Shown here piece by piece: positions 40,043-45,169 of a DNA stretch of 45,169 nt (its first letter is position 1; each line of letters begins with the position of its first letter). Origin of the DNA: a virus. Made by a program: the position numbers and the translations under genes. Under the pieces are notes generated by a model, which saw only the letters and a program-made list of their open reading frames with translations, ran no database searches and had not been told where the DNA came from. The DNA is taken from positions 1 through 45,169 of IMG/VR virus record IMGVR_UViG_3300034069_000054; one strand, 5' to 3'.

Positions 40043-40557
40043 CCGACACCACGCAGCAGTTCGACGACCGCGCCGCGGCATACGTCGAGGCGCGGAACCG
40101 GATCAGCGACGCAAAGGCGCTGCGCGAAGCGCACATCGCGGCGGCGCTCGAAGGCCGCGCCGACCCCGACGCGCTGCCCGAGGCGTATCACGCGCTGGTC
40201 GACGAAGCCGACGTCCTGGCGCAACTGGCGAACGTGGAGGCCATCGTGGGACTGATGGCCGGCCGCGCACTGGTCGACGCCGGCGCGCGGCGCTACCGCG
40301 ACAAGCGCCGGCAGATCCACCGCGACGTCCAGGCGAAGCTGGCCGAGGTCCGCGAGCGGCAGACGCCGGACGTGCTCGAACTGGACGGCGAGAAGTGGCC
40401 GGTCCGCGTGAAGTCCGGCGACCACCAGGACCGAACCGGCCGGATCTTGGAGAACCGACTGTCCGCCGACAGCCCGCCGGAATACCTGGTGGCGCTCGAC
40501 CCCGACGGCGAACAGGTCTGGTTCGGCCGCGACAACCTGGATCTGGTGATCGGCTGA
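40039..40557 (+). CDS. Hypothetical protein (172 aa)
   Basis: Track ORF with ATGA overlap. SD AGAGAGG. Confidence 0.7.
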   Translation: MTDTTQQFDDRAAAYVEARNRISDAKALREAHIAAALEGRADPDALPEAYHALVDEADVLAQLANVEAIVGLMAGRALVDAGARRYRDKRRQIHRDVQAKLAEVRERQTPDVLELDGEKWPVRVKSGDHQDRTGRILENRLSADSPPEYLVALDPDGEQVWFGRDNLDLVIG

Positions 40558-41042
40558 TGGCGCCGGCGCAGGGCCGCGAGAACGCGGCGATCTTCAACCC
40601 GATTGTCCTGGCGCTGCCGAACTGGCACCCCGACGGACCGGACGGCGACGTGGACGGGTACGTGATCCCGTTCGTGTTCCCCGACCAGCGCGCCAGCGGC
40701 CGGCAGCCCAACCGGGCCGCGCGGATCGCCGTCGCTGTGACAGCGCAGGGCGATTGGCGCGCGTCGCTGCGGAACTGTCAGGACCACGCCGAGACGGCCG
40801 ACCAGGCGCGCGCGTTCGCCGGCGCCTGGATACGCGCGGCCGAAGTGCTCGACGCGATCGCCGGCCGCGCTGCGGCGAAGGCACGCGCCGAAGCCGACGA
40901 CGTGGTGGACTGCGAAGTCGTGGAGGACGACGACGAACCCGACCACGTTGTGACGACGCACGATCACAGCGTCGGCGATCCGGCCGGCGGATGCCCCGCG
41001 TGTTCGGCCGGCAGCTGCACGCTGCACGCTGGGCCATCGTGA
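40557..41042 (+). CDS. Hypothetical protein (161 aa)
   Basis: TGATG overlap. ATG at residue 55 of track ORF 40395..41042. Confidence 0.65.
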   Translation: MAPAQGRENAAIFNPIVLALPNWHPDGPDGDVDGYVIPFVFPDQRASGRQPNRAARIAVAVTAQGDWRASLRNCQDHAETADQARAFAGAWIRAAEVLDAIAGRAAAKARAEADDVVDCEVVEDDDEPDHVVTTHDHSVGDPAGGCPACSAGSCTLHAGPS

Positions 41043-41626
41043 TCGCCGTCGGGATAGATCCGTCGTTGACCAGTACGGGCGTCGCCGTGCTGGTCGACGG
41101 CCGGCTGAGGCACTTCGGCCGGTACGGGCGCGACGGACACAACGGCGCCAGCTGGGCGTCACGCTCGAACCGGGTCCGGCAGTCGCGCAGCATGGTTTAC
41201 CGCGCGGCTGTGACGTGCGGCCGGCCGGACTGTGTGGTGATCGAAGGGCACCCCTACGCGATCGGGAACCAGGGCAACGAGTTCGACCGCGCCGGCCTGT
41301 GGCACCTGATCTTCGAGGCTTTCGCCGCGCGGGACATTCCCGTCGTCGTCGTCGACAACAAGAAGGCGAAGGCGTGGGTTACGGGCGCCGGCAACGCGTC
41401 GAAGCCGGACATGATGGCCGTGATCGACGCGTGGTACCTGGGCCAGATCGAACCGCCGCTGTCGAAGTGGCGGAAGAAGGACAACCCCGACGACGTGGCC
41501 GACGCGATCGCCTACGCCACGATGGCGGCGTTCAAGATGGGCGACCCGATCCCGTTCGACCCGAAGGACCGACACCGAACCGCGCTGGCGCTGCTGGCGT
41601 GGCCCGACAACGCGAAGGAACGATGA
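41039..41626 (+). CDS. ruvC: RuvC-like Holliday junction resolvase (195 aa)
   Basis: VIAVGIDPSLTSTGVAVL at the N-terminus (the first catalytic Asp motif of RuvC). ...VVIEGHPY... and DDVADAIAYA near the end. GTG overlaps the upstream stop (GTGA). Confidence 0.8.
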   Translation: MIAVGIDPSLTSTGVAVLVDGRLRHFGRYGRDGHNGASWASRSNRVRQSRSMVYRAAVTCGRPDCVVIEGHPYAIGNQGNEFDRAGLWHLIFEAFAARDIPVVVVDNKKAKAWVTGAGNASKPDMMAVIDAWYLGQIEPPLSKWRKKDNPDDVADAIAYATMAAFKMGDPIPFDPKDRHRTALALLAWPDNAKER

Positions 41627-41629
41627 ATC

Positions 41630-41890
41630 ATGCCTGACCAGACCCCCGAACTGGGCGACCAGCCGATCGAACCGGGCTACCAGCGGATGATGCAGGAGGT
41701 CGCACACGCGCTGGACATAGCGTTCAACGGCGGCGCGCAGGGCGCCGACCGGCAGACCGGGTTCGTGCTGCTGGTGTTCCCGTTCGGCGAGAGTGACGGC
41801 CGCTGCAACTACATAAGCAACGGCGCCGACCGCCGCGACGTGCTGCGACTGCTCGAAGAACAGGCGCAGCGGTTCCGGGAATCGCTCTGA
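41630..41890 (+). CDS. Hypothetical protein (86 aa)
   Basis: Track ORF, ATG 4 nt after the ruvC stop. Confidence 0.7.
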   Translation: MPDQTPELGDQPIEPGYQRMMQEVAHALDIAFNGGAQGADRQTGFVLLVFPFGESDGRCNYISNGADRRDVLRLLEEQAQRFRESL

Positions 41891-42465
41891 TGGCCGCGAC
41901 CCGCCTACCGGGACAGCCGTGGCGCGTGACGTGCGATCTGTGCGAAGCGACGCGGCTGGAACTGGACGGCGCCCTGGACGTCGAGCACCTGGGCGAAGAG
42001 ATCCGCGCGGCCGGCTGGATCATGCCGATCTACGGCGGCACGTTCGAGCGCAGCTGTTACAACCGGATGCGGATACTGACCGGGCAGCCACCGCTGCCCG
42101 AACCGAACCCGGTAGCCGAACTGCTGGCGACTGTGACGAAGGTACGGAACACGCTGTTTCACGCGCTGGGCATCGAACCCGAGCGGGCGCCGGCGCTACC
42201 GGGCCGGCTGCCGGCCGGCTGGCGCGCGGAGTGTGACGACTGCCCCGGCGTGATCGAACCGGACTACGGCGCGCGCGTGTTCCCCGGCAGCGAGCACCCC
42301 GACACCGATCCGGGACGCTGGGCCGCGGAACGCTGGGCGATCGACCACCGCGCCGCGAACCCCGGCCACAATCCGACCGTGTTGCACTTCCAGCGGATGA
42401 CGCTCGACGTCGTGGACATGCGGCCGGACCTGTTACGAACCCTGTTTGGAGGAACCCCGACGTGA
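41890..42465 (+). CDS. Hypothetical protein (191 aa)
   Basis: Track ORF with TGATG overlap. Confidence 0.7.
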   Translation: MAATRLPGQPWRVTCDLCEATRLELDGALDVEHLGEEIRAAGWIMPIYGGTFERSCYNRMRILTGQPPLPEPNPVAELLATVTKVRNTLFHALGIEPERAPALPGRLPAGWRAECDDCPGVIEPDYGARVFPGSEHPDTDPGRWAAERWAIDHRAANPGHNPTVLHFQRMTLDVVDMRPDLLRTLFGGTPT

Positions 42466-42758
42466 CCCGAATGCCCTGCCTGGACTGCAACAGCAGCGCG
42501 AAGAAGTGCGACGCGGCCGGCTACGGCCGCAAGTGCTGCCCGGACTGCCGGCACCAGGACGCCGGACAGTTGATGGCCGAGCAGCTGGCCCTGGCGCTGA
42601 ACGCGGCGAAGATGGCGCGCAGCGAGCCGAGCGCGCACGGTTCGCGCGCATGGTCGGCGACCGGCCAGCTGCACATGCGGATAGCCGAGTTCGCGCGCGA
42701 CTTCGAGCTACTGGCCGCGCCGACGCTGCCCGTCGCCGTGCCGGCGGGCGACCAGTGA
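42462..42758 (+). CDS. Cys-rich hypothetical protein (98 aa)
   Basis: Track ORF with GTGA overlap. N-terminal CLDC...C...CCPDC. Confidence 0.65.
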   Translation: MTRMPCLDCNSSAKKCDAAGYGRKCCPDCRHQDAGQLMAEQLALALNAAKMARSEPSAHGSRAWSATGQLHMRIAEFARDFELLAAPTLPVAVPAGDQ

Positions 42759-43207
42759 GCCGCATATGGGCGGCGCTGCCGCTGCCCGACCCGATGGACC
42801 AGTGGCACCCGCTGGGCGCGTGCTGGTGGCGGCGATCGCTGCCACACAACGACGACGGACACCAGTTGATCGTGCGGACGGATCAGCTGCGCGACGACGA
42901 GCCGGCGCGGCTGGGTTCGTGGGAGTGGTTCGACGGGCTGCACGTCCAGGCCGTGTTCGGGGTCGACGTGTTTGGTGTGGCGATCAGCGGCAACGCGGCC
43001 GGCCTGATGGTTCTCGACGTTCTGGCGCTGCCCGAGTGGATTACCGAGTTCGGCGACGACGCGAAACGATGGCGGAACCTGACCGATCCGACGTCGCCGG
43101 ACAGCGCGCGGTATCCCGGCGATCCGGCGGACTTCGGGCCGATGTGGCTGCCGGTGCAACCGTTCGACTACGCGCCGCGCGTGACGGATGTGGGGTTCCC
43201 CGGCTGA
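42755..43207 (+). CDS. Hypothetical protein (150 aa)
   Basis: GTGA overlap. GTG at residue 104 of track ORF 42446..43207. Confidence 0.6.
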   Translation: MSRIWAALPLPDPMDQWHPLGACWWRRSLPHNDDGHQLIVRTDQLRDDEPARLGSWEWFDGLHVQAVFGVDVFGVAISGNAAGLMVLDVLALPEWITEFGDDAKRWRNLTDPTSPDSARYPGDPADFGPMWLPVQPFDYAPRVTDVGFPG

Positions 43208-43404
43208 TGTGGTACTGGCTGACGGCCGCGGCGTTTATCGGCGCCGCGGCCGGCGCACTCACGCCGGCCGTGCTGCGCGCGATCGCGCGATCGGATTGGG
43301 CGTTCCGCGCGATGTTGCGCGCCGACCTCCGGGCAATCGCACGCGCGAAGCGGCACACTGGGCGCCATGGGCAAAAGAGGCAAAGGCCGCGGCGGAACGC
43401 GTAA
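43207..43404 (+). CDS. Small protein (65 aa) with an N-terminal hydrophobic helix and a basic tail
   Basis: TGATG overlap. It is the C-terminal 65 aa of track ORF 42766..43404. Confidence 0.55.
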   Translation: MWYWLTAAAFIGAAAGALTPAVLRAIARSDWAFRAMLRADLRAIARAKRHTGRHGQKRQRPRRNA

Positions 43405-43543
43405 ATCGTTGAAGTGCCCCGACGTCTACGACGCGTTGCGCCGGAAGGGCTACAGCAAGACCAAATCGGCGAAGATCAGCAACGCGCAGTGTCGGAAGAA
43501 CAAAGCGCGGAAGGTCATCGGCCGGCGAAGAAACCGCCGCTGA
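43367..43543 (+). CDS. Candidate small, very basic Lys-rich protein (58 aa), overlapping the previous gene by 38 nt
   Basis: Not in the ORF track. Hand translation: MGKRGKGRGGTRKSLKCPDVYDALRRKGYSKTKSAKISNAQCRKNKARKVIGRRRNRR. GC3 about 80 percent, but with AAA/AGA/TTG codons unusual for this genome. No clear SD. Confidence 0.5.
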   Translation: MGKRGKGRGGTRKSLKCPDVYDALRRKGYSKTKSAKISNAQCRKNKARKVIGRRRNRR

Positions 43544-43596
43544 CCAGTTAGACGAACGGGTTGCGCGAGCGCGTAATGTGGCGTACTGTATGAACC
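43540..43596 (+). promoter_or_regulatory. Promoter module A: conserved block CTGACCAG-n5-CGAACGGGTTGCGC (-35 TTGCGC at 43561-43566), 17 nt, -10 TACTGT (43584-43589), 7 nt, ATG 43597 (leaderless)
   Basis: Read directly. No SD. Paralogous to 44794-44850. Confidence 0.6.
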
Positions 43597-43911
43597 ATGA
43601 CGCAGACAGCCACCACCACCGCCCCCGACTTCATCGACGTCACCACCTACCACGGTCCGGCCGTGAAGCGATTCAACGATCCGGCCCGCCTGGGCTGGGC
43701 GCCGGCCCGCGTGCTGGCTGAGCAGTTCGGCGCCGGCAAGGTCACCGTCGTCTGGGAATACTTCGGCCAGAACGACGCCGGCCAGCTGATGTTCAACCGG
43801 ACCCGCTTCGTCGCCGACGAGGCCGGCCAGCTGCACGGATACGACAGCACCGGCCGGAAGGTGATCATTCACCCCGCCGACCGGCGCGTGAAGTTCCTGG
43901 CCGCGAAGTGA
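43597..43911 (+). CDS. Hypothetical protein (104 aa); first gene of mini-cassette A
   Basis: Track ORF with ATG start and high GC3. Confidence 0.75.
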   Translation: MTQTATTTAPDFIDVTTYHGPAVKRFNDPARLGWAPARVLAEQFGAGKVTVVWEYFGQNDAGQLMFNRTRFVADEAGQLHGYDSTGRKVIIHPADRRVKFLAAK

Positions 43912-43917
43912 CCACCC

Positions 43918-43944
43918 GGCCGGCGCCTGACCTGGGCGCCGGCC
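43918..43944 (+). terminator. GC hairpin (10-bp stem GGCCGGCGCC / GGCGCCGGCC, 7-nt loop)
   Basis: Read directly. Lies between the stop at 43911 and the SD of the next gene. No U-tail. Confidence 0.35.
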
Positions 43945-43976
43945 ACCAACCCCCACCCCCGAGAGGAACCCCCGAC

Positions 43977-44189
43977 ATGTTCACGATCCAGACCGCCGAC
44001 GGCGACCTGACCGGATTCCCGACCTATGAGGCCGCGCGCCAGCACCAGCGCGACGCCGGCCTGACAGGCTCGACCGTCGTCCCCACGCCGGCCGGCCTGC
44101 GGCCGATCTGGACCCCCGAGGACTTCGCCGAGACTGTCCGCGCCGCGCGCGAGCACCGCGCGAACCCGTCCAACGTCATCGCACTCTGA
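43977..44189 (+). CDS. Hypothetical protein (70 aa)
   Basis: ATG at residue 24 of track ORF 43908..44189, preceded by CCGAGAGGAACCCCCGAC. The upstream part overlaps the hairpin and is Pro/Gly-rich. Confidence 0.65.
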   Translation: MFTIQTADGDLTGFPTYEAARQHQRDAGLTGSTVVPTPAGLRPIWTPEDFAETVRAAREHRANPSNVIAL

Positions 44190-44205
44190 CCGAGAGGAAC
44201 CCGAC

Positions 44206-44421
44206 ATGCTGAACCTTCCCCCGCTCACCGCGAAGAACCACGCCGACGCCGTGGCGCAGCTGCGCGACCGCCGCGCGCGGCTGCTGGCCTACGCGCTCGA
44301 AATGCTCGACCGGGCCGAACTGTTCGTCGACACCGCGACCGAGGTCGCCGACGAACTGATCGCGACCGCGCGCGCAGCGTTCGAGGCTGCCGAGAAGTGC
44401 GCCCCGAAGGCCGCAGCGTGA
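44206..44421 (+). CDS. Hypothetical helical protein (71 aa)
   Basis: Track ORF, preceded by CCGAGAGGAACCCGAC, near-identical to the initiation region of the previous gene. Confidence 0.7.
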   Translation: MLNLPPLTAKNHADAVAQLRDRRARLLAYALEMLDRAELFVDTATEVADELIATARAAFEAAEKCAPKAAA

Positions 44422-44747
44422 ACGCGCCGGCGCTGCGCCAGTGGCAGCGATCGCTGCGGTACAACATCGACCAGGCGCGCGCGGACCTGGACAAGATGGC
44501 CGCGAACTGGAACGACGGGCTGCTGGCTCACCAGAGCTACACCAACGGCCGCATTGCCGAAATGGAACGCGCGCTGGAACTGGTCGAGTTCCTGCTGATC
44601 GGCGAAGAGGCGCCAGACGTCGCCGACGTGCTCGACGCGCGCAGCTGGGCGCGCTGGCCGGAAGTCGTGGACTACGCGCAGCGCCACGACGTCGACACCG
44701 AAGACGCGATCCGGCTGCTGGTGAACAGCGGACTATCTCACCAGTGA
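44418..44747 (+). CDS. Hypothetical protein (109 aa)
   Basis: GTG overlapping the upstream stop (GTGA), at residue 8 of track ORF 44397..44747. Confidence 0.65.
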   Translation: MNAPALRQWQRSLRYNIDQARADLDKMAANWNDGLLAHQSYTNGRIAEMERALELVEFLLIGEEAPDVADVLDARSWARWPEVVDYAQRHDVDTEDAIRLLVNSGLSHQ

Positions 44748-44757
44748 CCCGACCAGG

Positions 44758-44787
44758 ACGGCCGGCCCACCGCGGGCCGGCCGTTTT
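44758..44787 (+). terminator. Canonical rho-independent terminator (11-bp stem ACGGCCGGCCC / GGGCCGGCCGT, 5-nt loop, TTTT)
   Basis: Read directly, 10 nt after the stop at 44747. Confidence 0.75.
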
Positions 44788-44793
44788 GGCGTT

Positions 44794-44850
44794 CTGACCA
44801 GCAACGCGAACGGGTTGCGCAACCTACGACACATGACGTACACTTGAGCC
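44794..44850 (+). promoter_or_regulatory. Promoter module B: CTGACCAG-n5-CGAACGGGTTGCGC (-35 TTGCGC at 44815-44820), 18 nt, -10 TACACT (44839-44844), 6 nt, ATG 44851 (leaderless)
   Basis: Read directly. No SD. 22 of 27 upstream positions are identical to module A. Confidence 0.6.
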
Positions 44851-45169
44851 ATGACCAACACCGCGAGCAAGACCTACACCGTGAAGATCACCGACGGATT
44901 CGAGCAGAACAACCGCTACGCCGGCGAGTGGCCGACCAAGGCCGAAGCGATCGCCGCATCGCGCGCCATGAAGGCAGCCGGCGCCGGCGCCTACTGCGTC
45001 TGCGTCCCCGCCGCTGCCGCGAAGACGTCGCCGGCCGCGCTCAAGATGGCCGGCCTGATCGAACAGCGCACCACCGACCAGCTGTTCGCCGACCTGCTGC
45101 ACCTGGACCGGATGCCGAAGACCCCCGAGACGCGCATGGTCGGCGCCGCGATCAGCGACGCCATCACCG
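44851..45169 (+). CDS. Hypothetical protein, N-terminal part (runs off the window end and continues at 142..260 in the circular molecule)
   Basis: Hand translation from ATG 44851: MTNTASKTYTVKITDGFEQNNRYAGEWPTKAEAIAASRAMKAAGAGAYCVCVPAAAAKTSPAALKMAGLIEQ..., which is in frame with track ORF 18..260. Confidence 0.75.
   Translation, partial: MTNTASKTYTVKITDGFEQNNRYAGEWPTKAEAIAASRAMKAAGAGAYCVCVPAAAAKTSPAALKMAGLIEQRTTDQLFADLLHLDRMPKTPETRMVGAAISDAIT
45029..45169. repeat. Second copy of the 141-bp terminal duplication (identical to 1-141)
   Basis: Base-by-base comparison. Confidence 0.9.

Noticed and set aside
40991-41038. ATG 40991 as the RuvC start
   Set aside because: It would add 16 Arg-rich residues and a 52-nt overlap with the upstream gene. 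GTG 41039 gives the usual 4-nt GTGA overlap and places the GIDPS catalytic motif at residues 5-9, as in RuvC proteins.
43908-43976. GTG 43908 as the start of the 43977..44189 gene
   Set aside because: The extra 23 residues are Pro/Gly-rich and are encoded by the GC hairpin 43918-43944. A strong SD (GAGAGGAA) precedes ATG 43977.

Overview
This 45,169-bp window is essentially one complete tailed-phage genome of siphovirus type, high in G+C (roughly two-thirds by eye, not computed). The window is cut open inside a gene. Bases 1-141 repeat exactly at 45029-45169, so the unique unit is 45,028 bp (circular assembly, or a circularly permuted / terminally redundant genome). All genes but one are on the + strand. 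Order of modules: (i) a roughly 716-bp stretch with no convincing ORF; (ii) a late operon from 1735 to 32230; (iii) a terminator, then a long early/recombination arm from 32315 to 43543; (iv) two short independently promoted cassettes (43597-44747, and 44851 wrapping to 637). The late operon carries an HNH endonuclease, small and large terminase, portal, a very long MuF-like protein, scaffold, major capsid, connector proteins, major tail, G/G-T chaperones with a GGGAAAA -1 slip site, a 1327-aa tape measure, about 8 tail/fibre genes including two glycine-rich paralogs, lysin A, lysin B, a holin and two more membrane proteins. The early arm carries small DNA-binding and Cys-rich proteins, a PD-(D/E)XK exonuclease, RecT and RuvC. 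A single reverse-strand gene (689-1018) sits against a bidirectional hairpin. Lysin B (GYSAG esterase motif) points to a mycolic-acid-containing actinobacterial host (Mycobacterium/Gordonia/Rhodococcus-like). I found no integrase, repressor, DNA polymerase, primase/helicase, tRNA or CRISPR array. The most notable non-routine signals are these: four apparently leaderless promoter-start modules, two of which share a 27-bp upstream block; a recurrent CCCACCAGGA(A/G)G start-associated motif; the long non-coding region with an 11-bp-stem hairpin next to the lone reverse gene, which carries an EF-hand-like loop; a C-tract/A-tract intergenic region ahead of the terminase genes; a 968-aa MuF fusion with no prohead protease; and a 7 x ~21-aa tandem repeat in a tail fibre. 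All functional calls come from reading the translated ORFs. No database search was run.
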